Of a DNA stretch of 64,000 nucleotides, positions 41,570-56,238 are shown one piece after another. Made by a program: the position numbers and the translations under genes. Within the stretch, counting starts at the first letter, position 1; the number at the start of each line of letters is the position of its first letter. Below the pieces are notes generated by a model. It saw only the letters and a program-made list of their open reading frames with translations, searched no databases and was not told where the DNA came from. Origin of the DNA: Octopus vulgaris (taxonomy: Eukaryota); the NCBI GenBank assembly GCA_951406725.2, contig OX597816.1, positions 26,412,001 through 26,476,000 of the forward strand. The letters are read 5' to 3'.

Positions 41570-42990
41570 TATGCATATATATATATACATATATACACAC
41601 ATGCATACACATCTTTTTATATATATTCAGATATATTATACATACCCATGCATAAACACACACTTATGTATGTGTATACATATATATATTTAGCTTGCTT
41701 GTGTATGTGTGTATGTGTGCGTATGTGTATGTGTGCGTGTGTTAGTGTGTGTGTGCTCGTGCGCGCGTGTATCTACTACTCTACACTTCATTTTTGTTTG
41801 CTGTTGACATCACAGCTGACAACCTTGGCGGGCCGTGCATAGTATAATACTTTCCATGTGAAATCAACTGTAAACGTGACTGGTATATATGCGCTACGCT
41901 TCAGCTGTCGTTTGCCCTTCGTTGCGTATTCAGACGTGTGGACAATGGACAATCAATAACAAACAGGTAGACGTGACACCTGATGCTTTATAGTAACAAG
42001 CACCCTTATATACCTTGTCTGCGGTATCCTTCCCTTCATAGTTTTATAACAACTATAAACTGGGAGTAGTGGCTTTTTTCTCTTATTGTTTCGTGTGTTT
42101 ATTGGAGTCTGTGTGTGAAACTGAGGCTTTATAAAAGAGATGGGGAGACAGACCGAGACACAGGGAGGGAAAGAGAGAAAACGGGAGGGAGAGTGAAAGG
42201 GAGAGGATGGTTTTAATTGAATATATGTTTATGTATTTTTGCAAATGTGTATTCATATACACACGCGTGCGTCTGGGTCTATGTATGTGAATGTGTGTGT
42301 GCGTGAAAGAGGGAGACAGACAGACGGTCAGAAAAAGACAGAAAGAGCTTTTGTGAAGTGTGCGCCTCTTTATGTACAAATATATATATATATACATATA
42401 TACACATACTTATGTATGTATGTCTTTATATGTGCGTGCGCCAGCATATGCTAATATAATTGCAAGCGTGTGTCTTTTTTTGTGTCTTTATTCTTAAGAG
42501 CAAAATCAAAGTTCTTACAAAACGTTGTAATCTCTCATATTTAATTCAGAAGTCGAAAAACAACACAAAAGGAAACTAATAATAATAATTTAGTTTACTA
42601 ACTGAATTAACAAGTCCTTCGTCGGTTGCGACGATGACTGATTTCATTATTCGAATAGCATTATGCCTTTTTATTGAATTTATTTCTTTACTGCCCACAA
42701 GGGACTAAACATAGAGGGTACAAACCAGGACAGACAAAGGGATTAAGTCGATTACATCGACCCCAGTACGAAATTGGTACTTTATTTATCGACCCCGAAA
42801 GGATGAAAGGCGGAATTTGAACTCAGAACGTAGCGAGCATTTCGCCCGGCGTGCTTAAGTTTCTGCCAGCTCGCCGCCTTTCGCCTTGTTATTGAATTAG
42901 CGTATAAGTGACAAAGCATTCGAAAGGGTTTGCGTTTTCTCAGCGTAATTCACTGGCAGAACATACGTAACAATTTGTGTGTGTGTGTGT

Positions 42991-43060
<70 letters not shown>

Positions 43061-43758
43061 TTTAGGCATAGCTGAGTGTTTCAATTACGAGTATGATTTA
43101 ACCGGCGTTAAAGGTATACGGAAACGTTAAGCTTGGTCTTTAAGCCAGCAGACAAGTTCAGGCGACAGGCGGAGATGATGCGTCATGCGCCCACTCACTG
43201 GTTGATGATTCAATATATAGGGCGACAAGGGCGGCGAACTGGCAGAAACCTTAGCATGCCGGGCGAAATGCTTAGCGGTATTTCGTCTGCCGTTACGTTC
43301 TGAGTTCAAATTCCGCCGAGGTTGACTTTGTCTTTCATCCTTTCGGGGTCGATTAAATAAGTACCAGTTACGCACTGGTGCCGATATAATCGACTTAATC
43401 CGTTTGTCTGTCCTTGTTTATCCTCTCTGTGTGTAGCCCTTTGTGGGTGGTAAAGAAATAGGTATTTCGTCAGCCGCTATGTTCTGAGTTCAAATCCCGC
43501 CGAGGTCGACTTTGCCCTTCATCCTCTAGGGGTCGATTAAATAAGTACCAGTTATGCACTGGATTCGATGTAATCGACTTAATTCCTTTGTCTGTCCTTG
43601 TTTGTCCCCTCTATGTTTAGCCCCCTGTGCACAATAAAGAAATAAATATATAGGACGACAGAATACAATAATTAGTATGATTGTGTGTGTGTGTACGCGT
43701 GTGTGTATGTGTTTGTGTGTTTGTGAAACAGCGGTGGAGGGACAAACACAAACACAAA

Positions 43759-43826
<68 letters not shown>

Positions 43827-44283
43827 TGCGTATGACAGGCCTCATTCAGGCTCCCTCTACCAAATCCACTCAGAAGGGTTTAGTTGACTCGAGCCTACAG
43901 TAGAACACAGTGGGACTGAACCCGGAACCTTGTGGTTGAGAAGCAAGCTTCTAACCACACAGCCAATCCAGCGCCTATTGCATATACAAATACATACACC
44001 CACACGCATATAACTCATAATTCGTTCGACCAGTTTGAATAACATCGCCAACTTCAATTTGCAACATAACATTTTACATTCCCTGCAAGCATGGCGGTAC
44101 CCTATGCAGGGCAGTGCAATCTCCTAAATCACTTTGTTAAGGTCAAAATGACAGCTTTGACGCCTGCCTGAAGCTTTCAGCACCTTTGTAACATCACGTT
44201 TATAGAAACCTTCTTTCACCCTTTTCATCTTTATCGTTCTCTTTTTCATTCTTTATCATTCTCTCTCTATCTCTCTTTCTCTC

Positions 44284-44326
<43 letters not shown>

Positions 44327-46199
44327 AACATTTTCTTTTCATCTTCTTTTTAAACACCCTTTCTTTCTTTCTTGCTTTCTTTCCTTCCTTCTTTCTTTAT
44401 TTCCTGCTTTCTTCTTTTCTTCCCTGCATGCTTGCTTGCTTTCATTCTATCGTTTTTCTTTCCTTCCTTTTTCTCGTTCTCTAATTTCTTTTCTACCACT
44501 AACTTCACTCTTAGTTTTTTCTCTCTCACCTCGTTTTTCTTCTTCTTCTTCTTCTTCTTCTTTGCCTTCTTCTTCTTCTTCCTCCTTCTCCTCCTCCTCT
44601 TCTTCTTTGCCTTCTTTCTATGCTTCGACGTCGAACGGGTTGCATCATTTACGCGCCAGACGAAATACTTTGCCGCCATTTATTCCAGCACTTTTATGTT
44701 CTAACTTCAAAAGCCGCCGGGGTCGACTTTGCCTTTCAAAGTCAAAGAAGGGCTGAAGCAGTTTGGCATCAGAGCTGTCGCAGACACAGCATTTAGAAGA
44801 CACTAACAATTCCGCCACTTTGCTATCTTCCATTTGTACTTTACTTATCGACATCTATAGGATGGCTGCTGGCAAAGTTGACCTCGGCCGGAAGCAAACT
44901 CAAAGCACAGAAAACTCGAAGAAATAACGCATCTCCTTTTATCCGGCGCTCCCATGACTTTCTCAATTTACCGTTTTAACACTCTACAATCTTCTCTCTT
45001 TTTTTTTGCCTTTTATCTTCCTTCTCGTTTCAGTTATTAGAACGCGGTCATACTGGAGCACTACCTTGAAGGGTTTAGTGGAACAAATCGACCCTAGTAC
45101 TTTGGTGGGTGGGGGGGTTTAAGTTTGGTACTTGATCTGTTGGTTTCTTTTGCCGAACCGCTAAGTTGCGAGAATGTAAGCGAACCAACACCGGTTGTCA
45201 AACGGTAGTGAGAGGACAAACAGAACATAAACTACAGAAGAATTTAACTAAAAAATTAAAAAATGCAGCCTTGGTCTATTTAAACGATTGATTAAATGTT
45301 AGAAAATAGATTGTACCGGAGAGTGCAGAGAGACGTTATTGGTGAGGTGAGACAGAAAGAGACAGACATACAGGCAAACAGACATACCGGCAGACAGACA
45401 GGAGTGGTTTGATTAAATTTAACCAATAACCTAAATAGTTAATTTATCCAATGCAGCTGCTGATATAATTTTTTTTGTAATCTAAGATCACAAGAAGGTG
45501 ACGTATGAATTATAAAAGAGAACTAGAAAGTTTGGGGATATATAACTAATTAATTAACGTAATTACTTATTTCAATCAACACCGGATGTCAATATACCCT
45601 ACTCACTAGCTAACAGACTGATTAAGGGTAAGGTTTTATAATTAATAAACCAACACATATGCGCCTAATACTTTCAATAGACTAAAATAAATCTGACTCT
45701 TAAAAAAAAAACCTATCAGAATTAAATTACTGTTCTTGCTTATATATTCAACTTAATACAAATATATTGCTGTGTGAAGTTTGCCTTTGGGAAGATATGA
45801 ATTAGCCGCGACCATCCTTTTTTTTTCTGTTTTGTTGGAGTTTTTAGGAGTATGTAGGGTATTTGCATGTACTAGGAGTCATTTTCCAGGATGGAAGAAA
45901 AATTATAAATGGCTAATTGTAAGAGCTGAAACTTTCTCTGTTGATAGCATTTTGCGTTTAAAAAATATTAATATATACACATATATACCTCTGGCTACTC
46001 TTTGAAATCAGAAAGATAGAGCAACAAAAAGCCTTATTGTGTTGGATATTGGTGCATTTCGAAAGACATAGACTTCGTAAGTTAATGAGGATGCCAAATC
46101 AAGTTATTTGCATTGAGTTTCTGCCGTTAGGTTCTTGAAATTTTTCTGCCAATATTTTCCTCGCTCCATCTCGGTTTTGAGTTTCTTTTGTGCATTCTA

Positions 46200-46512
46200 A
46201 TGTTCTCATACAAGGCTCTACTCAATATTATTGAACCAGTCTCTCCTTGGTCACCTACTTCTCCTATTACATTCTGTTTTTCTAAATATGATTATATTTG
46301 CAAATAACTGCATTTTTCTTCGTCTTGCTGTTTCGTCAAGTTTTTCTCTCTTCCCAACAAATACATTTAGTTACTCTAAGACAGTATAACTGTTTCAATA
46401 GTCCCTTCCCATTATGTCAAAAGTTCTAAGAAAACATCTCATCTGAAAAGCTAACGATTTCATATCAATGTTCTTTGACTCGACGCACATCTCACATCCA
46501 TTCAATAAATTG
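46200..46512 (-). mobile_element. Degenerate RTE-clade LINE remnant
   Basis: Minus strand LLNGCE...LAFQMRCFLR...RRRKMQLF...RRSR*PRRDWFNNIE matches the LLYGCE/AFEM.C.R/RGRPR..W.DNI motifs of RTE elements. Confidence 0.6.
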
Positions 46513-47922
46513 CACTTATCGTTATCAGAGATCGTATCAGATATGGATGTAGGCAGATACAATTTTAGATTTAGTGAAACTACTAACGGGTCACAGTCGA
46601 CCTAAAGCTAAACAACATGTATGTGTGTGCGAGTATGTGTGTGTGTATGTATGTATGCATATATGTATACATGCATATATGTATATTCTTTTATTGTGTC
46701 ACTTTGAAGCCACCTGGTTTCGGATTCAGTCTCATTCCTCGGCATTTTAGTCAAGTGGATGAAAGGCGAAATTTGATATCAAAGCGTAAAGACGGAAGAA
46801 ATACTGCAAAGCATTTTGCCCGGCATGCAAACGATTCTGCCAGCTCTCCTCTTTCTCGTGACCTTAGAATATTGATTTCACAATTTGGCACAAGCCTAGC
46901 AATTTCAGGGAAGGAGTTGAGTCAATTACATCGACAACAGTATTCAACTGGTATCGACACAGAAAGGATAAAAGGCAAAGTCAACCTCGGCAGAATTTCG
47001 ACTCAGAACGTAAAGATGGACGAAATGCCGTGACGCATTTTGCCCGGCGTCTTAACGATTCTGCCAGCTCTCCGTTCTACGGAAACATTCGAATATTACA
47101 ATCGATCTCTGCGGAATTGGAACTGGGAGTGCTAAATTAGGTTACTAAGTACTACAAAAACATATACATCGGTTTGTGGCCGTTTCTATATCTGCCCTTT
47201 TCTTCTCATCTTCAAAATTACATGATGAAAAGTAAAGAAAAAATATCGTCGATAAATCAATTAATTAATTACTATATGAGAACTAGCTATGATAATAAGA
47301 CATCAACAATAAAGGAATGAAAGGAATTAAAGGAATGAAAGAATAAAAAAAAATCTTATGTCTTATCCACCAATTAGGGTCATTGTAGATAAATACTACT
47401 GTAGAAGATATGTATGTGTTTGTGAGTGTAAATATATGAATGCGTATGTAAATACATGCTTACATATATACATACATACTCTTTACTCAATTTACTCTTT
47501 TACTTGTTTGTCATTTGACTGTGGCCATGCTGGAGCACCACCTTTAGTCGAGCAAATCGACCCCAAGACTTATTGTTTGTAAGCCCAGTACTTATCATAT
47601 CGGTCTCTTTTGCCGAACCGCTAGGTTACGGGGAAGCAAACACACCAGCATCAGTTGTCAAATGATGTTGGGGGGGACAAACACAGACACACAAACATAT
47701 ACACACACATATATATATATACATATATACGATGGGCTTCTTTCAGTTCTCGTCTACCAAATCCACTCACAAGGCTTTGGTTGGCCCGAGGCTCCAGTAG
47801 AAGACACTTGCCCAAGGTGCTACGCAGTGGGAATGAACCCGGCACCATGTGGTTGGGAAGTTAGCTACTTACCACACAACCACTCCTGCGCCTATACATA
47901 CATACATACATACATACATACA

Positions 47923-47956
<34 letters not shown>

Positions 47957-47966
47957 CACACACACT

Positions 47967-48140
47967 CAAGGGGGTGTTGTAAAGTTCCTAGCTTCAAGGC
48001 TATCGCTAAAAGCCTGGTTCTGTGTTCTTTTACATGGCTTAGAAAACTGAAAAAGCGCTGCAATAAGCATTTGAATCTGAGAGGGAAATATGTAGAATAA
48101 AATCATAATTAATTGATCCTTGGGTGTTTTCTTTTGCCCT
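47967..48140 (+). mobile_element. Partial copy of the same mariner-derived MITE
   Basis: Similar to 1152-1340; remnant KLKKRCNKHLNLRGKYVE*. Confidence 0.75.
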
Positions 48141-48766
48141 GCGCTCAACACATTTAGTAGGATTTACGCCTTCGGTAATCTGAGTCTGAACGAGTCACGT
48201 TTCTGTTAGAGGCCTGCGAAACTTTAAGTCTCAGGGAGCCGAATCAAACAGTTTTAAATAATACATAGACATACAGACACACACACACAACACTCGTACA
48301 TACACGCACACATACATACACACATACATACATGCATGAATACATACTTACACACACGTTCATGTGTACACATTCCCGCTCTCACATACACACATATAAA
48401 ATTTCACATATACACACACACGTACATACACACGCATACACATACACTGACAAACACACGTTTACCTTACTATATTCCATTAAATCTTAACAAGGTGACG
48501 AGACTTCCGACAGTGTTACATCTTAGTTTATATCTGCATCCTATCTCTATCTACACCGACAAAAACTGCACAAATTAGTAGAAAATTCTTCGCTTTATCA
48601 ACTGCAGGAAATTGTACAGATAACGTTTTGTTTCACTAATATTGGTGCATCAGTAAGTTTGGAGAACAGATGGGACTTTATTTCGGTTTGGTTCTAATGC
48701 AGTAAATAGTTTGACCCGACAACTCACTTTCCGGCACTTTCTCTTTTGCCCGTATCTCTCACATTG

Positions 48767-48814
<48 letters not shown>

Positions 48815-48867
48815 CTCCCCCACCTCTTTCTCACTGTTTTTTTCTAATGCTATCTCTGCTTCTTTAT

Positions 48868-48920
<53 letters not shown>

Positions 48921-48982
48921 AATATATACATATATATATGTATATATGTATATGTATGTATGTGTGTATATATATATACATA

Positions 48983-49046
<64 letters not shown>

Positions 49047-49102
49047 TGTGTATGTAAGTATAAAGCTAGCGAAACACGCTCAAGAGACCGAAACAGATCT
49101 GA

Positions 49103-49166
<64 letters not shown>

Positions 49167-49244
49167 TCATATATATATATATATATACACACATATTTGT
49201 ATATAAATTTGTGTATTTCCTTGCGTAGCGAAACTGTGTAGCTA

Positions 49245-49297
<53 letters not shown>

Positions 49298-50322
49298 TTG
49301 CGCATTTCCTTGTGTTACTAAATTCTGCATACTTTTCAGAGAGTATCACAAACACATGTGTACTCACGATTCTATATACACCTATATCGTATATATACAT
49401 ATATACATACATAAATACGTAGTCGCCTCTTTTATCTTGCATTCTCTCTGGCTGCATTCATAATCTTCGTAAGCCATTGCAGATTGGTAACTGTGATGAG
49501 AGAGCATTCGTAGCTCTTTCCCATGCAGAGAAGAACTGGAGAAAGTGGGAATTTCTGCAGCTTGAAACAGGGGAGATTAGGAAAGGGTCTTAGTAAAGGA
49601 TTTATTAGCTGATACATAATGAATAACGGGACTGGGGTTATTTTATGCAGGATGGGGGTTAAGGGAAGCAGAAGATGTTGTAGTAGTGTAGCAGAGCAGA
49701 GAGCAAAACTAAAACAACTGTGAGATTGTGAACTGGCAATGGCTTTGTATATATTTCACTGTGTGTACACACACAAACACACACACATATGTCGCAAGGT
49801 TCATAGACAATAAGTGGACCCAAGCAGTTGTGTGGTATCCAAGAAATCGGAAATGTCCACTCGGAGGACCTCTAGAATGATGAAACGACGATTTAATTAA
49901 ACGATTTCAGTCTAGACCGAAAAAGAAAGAGCGGTCAAGAAAGAATTAGAAGGACACTGCGACCAATAGTGTATGCCAACATCCGATATTTTAGTATATG
50001 CGGGTGAAACAAGTATACATACGTACATATATGTGCTTGTGTGAGTGTATGAAATATAATATGATATATATAGGATCGCGGGTTCGAATCTCAGACCGGG
50101 TGATGTATGTGTTTATGAGCGAAACACCTAAGCTCCACACGGCCCCGGCAGAAGGTAATGGCGAACTTTGCTACAACTTTCTCTCACTCTTTCCTCCTGC
50201 ATCAATCAGCTCGCCTGCAACGGACTGGCGTCCCGTCCATGTGGGGAGCCTATACGCCAAGGAAACCGGGAAACCGGCCCTTATGAGCCAGGCGTGGCTC
50301 GAGAAGGAACAAACATAAATGT

Positions 50323-50378
<56 letters not shown>

Positions 50379-50813
50379 GCGTATGTATGTGCGCGTGGGT
50401 GGAGGTGTAGTTAGAGGCGATGAGCTGGCAGAATGGTGAGAGGGGGGAGCAAATTGCTCAGCAGCATTTCTTCTGATACTTTAGGTTCTGGGTGCTAGGG
50501 TCGACTTACCTAACATCCTTTCGTGGTCGATAAAATAAAGTAGTAGTCAAAAACTGCTCGATGTAATCGATTTACCTCCCACCCTTAAAATCGTTAACCT
50601 TGTGACAAAAATAGTAAAAAGTATTCATTTGGGGATCTATAATAATAAACGCGGAATTCTGTCTGGCTGTCTGTCTGTCCGAGACCTCGGCATCTGAGTC
50701 TATATCTGCTCTACATAGACATTATGCTATTTCAGGATGATCCCGAAATTGTGGTTGAGAAGGATGCTTCTTACCACACGTATGTATGCCTGTATGTGTA
50801 TATTATTATTATT

Positions 50814-51367
50814 GAGTGAGAGAGCAGTTCATGCCATCAAAGTGACACTGGGGTAAAATATACGAAGCCCAATATACCCATCATGACTACCCGTCTGATA
50901 AGGGTACACCAGGCACATGCATCACAACCATATGTGCGCGACATGGTGATATCATATCAAGATAAACAGCACATGACCTTGCAGGTGGAGCCCAGTTAGA
51001 ATTTTCTTCAGGTTGAGTAGTCCATCCCGCTCAAAAGGTCCCTGAATAAGGGTTGTTTAAGAATGTTGAAAGAACCACCCATGTTTCCAGAGGTGAATTA
51101 TTCAAACCCCAAAAATCCCTCTCAACACATGGCTATGATGCTCCCCCACTACTTCTGCTCGTGATCAGAGATGCACATATCGTCAGCCACTAAGGGGCAT
51201 GCTCTACTGGTTAAGGTCAAACAACTGACAAGCAAATCTGTGGTATTGAGCAGAATATTTGCTGTAGCCCATCTTTTATACCAAGACAAAACAATGTACA
51301 TGATAACACTTCCAATCAGTTAAGATCAGAAGCCATGAGAGCCACTGTCCGGTACTGCATCAGGGCA
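50814..51367. mobile_element. Non-coding interspersed repeat embedded in a (TAT)n tract
   Basis: ~550 bp of complex sequence with (TAT)n on both sides. Targeting of TAA repeats is known for Dong/R4 non-LTR elements; the family assignment is an inference. Confidence 0.45.
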
Positions 51368-51383
51368 TTATTATTATTATTAT

Positions 51384-51445
<62 letters not shown>

Positions 51446-51983
51446 TATATTTCACTCTTTGTGTGTATGTATGCATATGTATTCATGGTGTATGTAAGTT
51501 TGAGGGAAATTAATACTACACGGGGCGGGAGAAAGCCTATGAATTAATTAAAAGCAAGAAAATATTCCTAACCTTGCTCTAAAGCAATGGAAAGGTTTAT
51601 AGCCTAACCCCTGCAGAGAACGAATGAAACAAGTAATCAATTTTTCTCCAATAATAACATATGTGTATGTGTGTGTATGTGTATCTTTGTGTGTGTGTGT
51701 GCGTGTGTGTGTGCATCTTTGTGTGTGTGTATCTCTTTTTAATTTACAATGAATGTTGACCAGCTACAAGCTTCATAGTAAGGCTGTGAAGGAAGCCATC
51801 TTGTTTTGTTCATTATCCTTTAAATCTAAAGAGAGTTTTCAGTATGTGTGACTGTGTGGTAAGTAGCTCGCTTACCAACCACATGTTTCCGGGTTCAGCC
51901 TCGAGCCGACGAAAGCCTTGTGAGTGGATTTGTTAGACGGAAACTGAAAGAAACCCGTCGTATATGTATGTAGATTTGAGTGT

Positions 51984-52019
<36 letters not shown>

Positions 52020-52378
52020 GTGTGTGTGTGTGTGTGTATGTGTTTGTCCGCCCAACATCGCTTGACAACCGATGCTGGTGTGCTTATGTCCCCGTAACTT
52101 AGCGGTTTGGCATAAGAGACAGATAGAATAAGTACTAGGCTTACAAAGAATAAGTCCTGGGGTCGATTTGCTCGACTAAAGGCGGTGCTCCAGCATGGCC
52201 GCAGTCAAAACCCTGAAACAAGTAAAAGAGTAAAGAGAGTATGTGTGTATGTGTTTATAATGTATGCACATATTCGTGTATGTTTGTTTATGTGTCTATA
52301 CATGTATGCATGTATGTATGTATGTATGCATGTATGTATGTAGGTATGTATGTATTTATGTATGTATGTATGTATGTA

Positions 52379-52944
52379 TTGTGTTGTCTGGAAAGTTCAT
52401 GCCGATTTATAGTAGATTACCTTTCGACTTATTTTAGAACATGGTTGAGTCCATAAAATAGGATTTGACTACACCTCCATTTAGAGCACAGTTTAAGCTA
52501 TCTTTTCGTGGAAGAAGTTTTATGTTCCTATAACCTGTGTTAATTCTGTAACCCTTTAAAATGGAAGATAAGAAAGTTCATTTTCGGCACTTGATGCTTT
52601 GGGAACCAGACAAAAATTGCTGCAGCTCGGCTGGGATGTGTTACCCCACCCTTCATATTCACCAGATATTGCTACTTCGGATTCCCACTTATTCAAGTCT
52701 CTACAGAATAGTCTTAATGGTAAAAATTTCAATTCCTTGGATGACATAAAAAGATACCTTGATGAATTGTTTGCCATGAAACCACCCCAATTCTGGGAAG
52801 AGGGTATTTTCAAGTTAAAGGAAAGATGGAGACGCATTGTGCAACAAAGTGGCTTATATTTGGTTGATTAAAAATGTAATGGCAAGTATTTATTGACCTT
52901 TTTCTTTCCTTTAATAATCGGCACGAACTTTCCGGACAACCTAA
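52379..52944 (+). mobile_element. Internally deleted mariner (DD34D) transposon
   Basis: TIRs TTGTGTTGTCTGGAAAGTTCATGCCGAT / ATCGGCACGAACTTTCCGGACAACCTAA with TA on both sides. N-terminal MEDKKVHFRHLML is joined out of frame to C-terminal LPHPSYSPDIATSD...GIFKLKERWRRIVQQSGLYLVD (YSPDLAPSD-type motif). Confidence 0.92.
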
Positions 52945-53772
52945 TATGTATGTAGGCATGGATGGCTGGATAGTTAGATGGTTTGGATAAATATCTGGGT
53001 TGATGAATCAATGAATGGATCGATTGATGGCTTGTATGTTTTCTCTTTATGATTGGCGTTTCAGAGTTAATTTTAACCGCTGACTGGTTCGGCGGCAAAG
53101 TGATAAATAACAAAAATAGAAGAAGAAATATAATGAAAGATGGTTTTGTTCTTTTTTTCCTCATCATCCACGCAACCCTTCTCATTCTTTATGATTTTAG
53201 TAGATCTTGCAGACTTCAATTATCTCGGATATCATGATTATCGGAAGCGTGGGATGTATAAATCGACGCTCTTTTTCCAAAGACGTTGCCATACTTTGAC
53301 CTCGGCTTGTTAATAGATATCTGGTTGCAGTAATGATAACGGTTATAATGTATTAAGGTTCCATTTGCAAAGCGGAAGCACATACTGTGATCAATTTAGA
53401 ACGAGATATTTTTGATTACAATAACCGGTTTATAATTTATTTATATAATGAGAGGTTCGTTAATAATAACCGTTTCATAACATTATGTAGTCGACCATGG
53501 TGAATATTGAAATGTTCAGCCTACAACGAAGCAGCTAAATACTGTCTTGTGATTAAGTCGATTTTCAAAACCGTTTTGTAGCAGCTCGCTACCCATATCT
53601 CAAGATTAATCAGCCGAAATTGCGGAGATGATCCGGTTCTTGACTGAGGATAAAAGGATAAAAGGCTTCGAATGACCCGTCCTTGTTTTTTTGTATCGGC
53701 TATCTGGATGTTTTGTTGTCCCTTTTTGTATCACCTAGTTGCCCGGATGTTTTGCGTTCTTGTCCCATTTTG

Positions 53773-53858
<86 letters not shown>

Positions 53859-53933
53859 TTTGTTCTCTTATATGTAGTATACATACATACATATATATAT
53901 ATAAATATGCATATGTATGTATAAAAATATATA

Positions 53934-53972
<39 letters not shown>

Positions 53973-54833
53973 TTTTTTTTTTTTTTTTTTTATTTGTGGG
54001 TTAAGGCTACCTTTGATTTCATGTTTTCCAAAATGGAGGCAAATACCTTTCTCCATGTGATCGGCTTGAAAATTTGTTAAGATACTTGGATATTTTCCAA
54101 CTCTTCTTAACATGAAACCAACGGTAGCTTTAGTCCACAAACAAAGAAATTATATATCCACCAATGCGGTGTTGAGCACTCATTCCATCGCTCTACATTT
54201 ACGTATATACATATGTGTGTGTATGTATACGTGTGTGTGTATACATAAATATATACATTACATAAATGTATATGTGTGTGTGTGTACACATAAATATATA
54301 CATTACATGAATGTGTGCGCGTGATAAAATACGCATGTCCGTTATTAGCATAAAGCCTACTATAGATATGGTATCATACCGTCTAATCTTGCTAGTCTCT
54401 GTTTAAAGCTTGTTATTCATTTTCACGAAATGATATTCGAGGTGCTGGGGTGCTTTCAGTTGATTTTTGTTTTCTTTTTCCTGTTTTAATTCGTTTCACT
54501 TTTGGATAAATTTTCAAACATTTAAAGAACGTTACATAACTGCTATCATATAATCTAATTTGTGTTCAGTCAATTGTAAGGTTCCAGCTACCGTACGTCT
54601 GTATATGTGAGTGTCTATGTGCGTGTTTGTGTACGTGTATGTGTATATATACATAAACGAACGCACATATTATATGTCATATATGTGTGTGTGTATAAGC
54701 ACGCTCGCTCGTGTGTGTGCATGCGTAGAAACACTTCTACTAGTATGTTGGTACTTTCCTTTACGTTCTGAATGAAAATCTTGCCGGGTCAACTTTGCAC
54801 TTCATGCCTTCTGGATCAATAAAATTAAGTACC

Positions 54834-55065
54834 TATTTCTTTATTACCCACAAGGGGCTAAACACAGAGGGGACAAACAAGGACAGACATAGGTATTAAG
54901 TCGATTACATCGACCCCAATGCGTAACTGGTACTTAATTTATCGACCCCGAGAGGATGAAAGGCAAAGTCGACCTCGGCGGAATTTGAACTCACAACGTA
55001 ACGGCAGACGAAATACCGCTAAGTATTTTGCCCGGCGTGCAAACGTTTCTGCCAGCTCGCCGCCT
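54834..55065 (-). mobile_element. Young family B SINE nested in an older opposite-strand copy
   Basis: 14-bp target duplication TAAAATTAAGTACC at 54820-54833 and 55066-55079. Confidence 0.85.
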
Positions 55066-55159
55066 TAAAATTAAGTACCAGCTGAACGCTGGGGTCGATG
55101 TAATCGACTAGGCTCCTCCCAAAAAGATTTCAGGCCATGTGCCTATAGCAGAAAGGATT

Positions 55160-55206
<47 letters not shown>

Positions 55207-56195
55207 GTTGTTTTTGTTGCCTTTGCACAGCGTCTAACGCTGGAGATGTATTCTTTTACTCTTTTACTCTTTTAATTCGTTCAGCCATTTCACTGCGGCC
55301 ATGCTGGAACACTGCCTTTAGTCGAGCAAATTCTTTATAAGCCTAGTACTTATTCTGTCGATCTCTTTTGTCGAACCGCTAAGTTGCGGGCACGTAAACA
55401 CACCAGCATCGGTTGTCAAGCGATGTTGGGGGGACAAACACAGACACACAAACATATATTCAAACATACATATATATATGATGGGCTTCTTTCAGTTTCC
55501 ATCTACCAAATCCACTCACAAGGCTTTGATCGTCCCGAGGCTATAGTAGAAGACACTTGCCGAAGGTGCCACGCGGTGGGACTGAACCTGGAACCATGTG
55601 GTTGGTAAGCAAGCTACTTACCACACAGCCACTCCTAGGCCTGTGAGCTGTTCACTACCAGTGAACTAAGGTAACAGCCCTTATTTTTCGAGTACCTTTC
55701 TTTATATTCTGAGATCAAACTCCTTCCAGGTCAACTTTGCGTCTCATCCTTTTGAGATCGATAAAATAAGTACCAGTCAAATCGACTGCCCCCTCCCTTC
55801 AAAATTGCTGGCCTTGTGCTAAACTTAGAAAGAATTATTACGACAATTTGTAAGTAATTCTATATGGATGCTTAGTCTATTAATAATTATTGATAGTCGA
55901 CGCAACCCGTGAGATATTACATGAATGAGCTATTCATTCACTCTTTAGTTTTCCTTCTGGGAATACGAATATATAATACATTATTTCTATGTAATCTGCG
56001 TATTGGACAAAAACGCTTATTTTCGCTCGGTGACAACCAGAGAAACTGCCTCAGACAACACAGAGCAATACAGAGGAAAGCGTCTGAAGACGTAATTCAC
56101 ATGTATGTATTCTTATGTGCTGTACGTATGTGTGAGTATATACATGTATGTATGTGTGCGTGTGTTTTATGTGTGCAAGTACGTATGCATATTTG

Positions 56196-56238
<43 letters not shown>

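Noticed and set aside
44350-44756. Lys/Arg-rich and Phe/Ser-rich ORFs
   Set aside because: Low-complexity (CTT)n and pyrimidine tract.
53640-53690. CTGAGGA...GAATGACCCGTC as a hammerhead
   Set aside because: Lacks the GAAA core and a convincing stem I.
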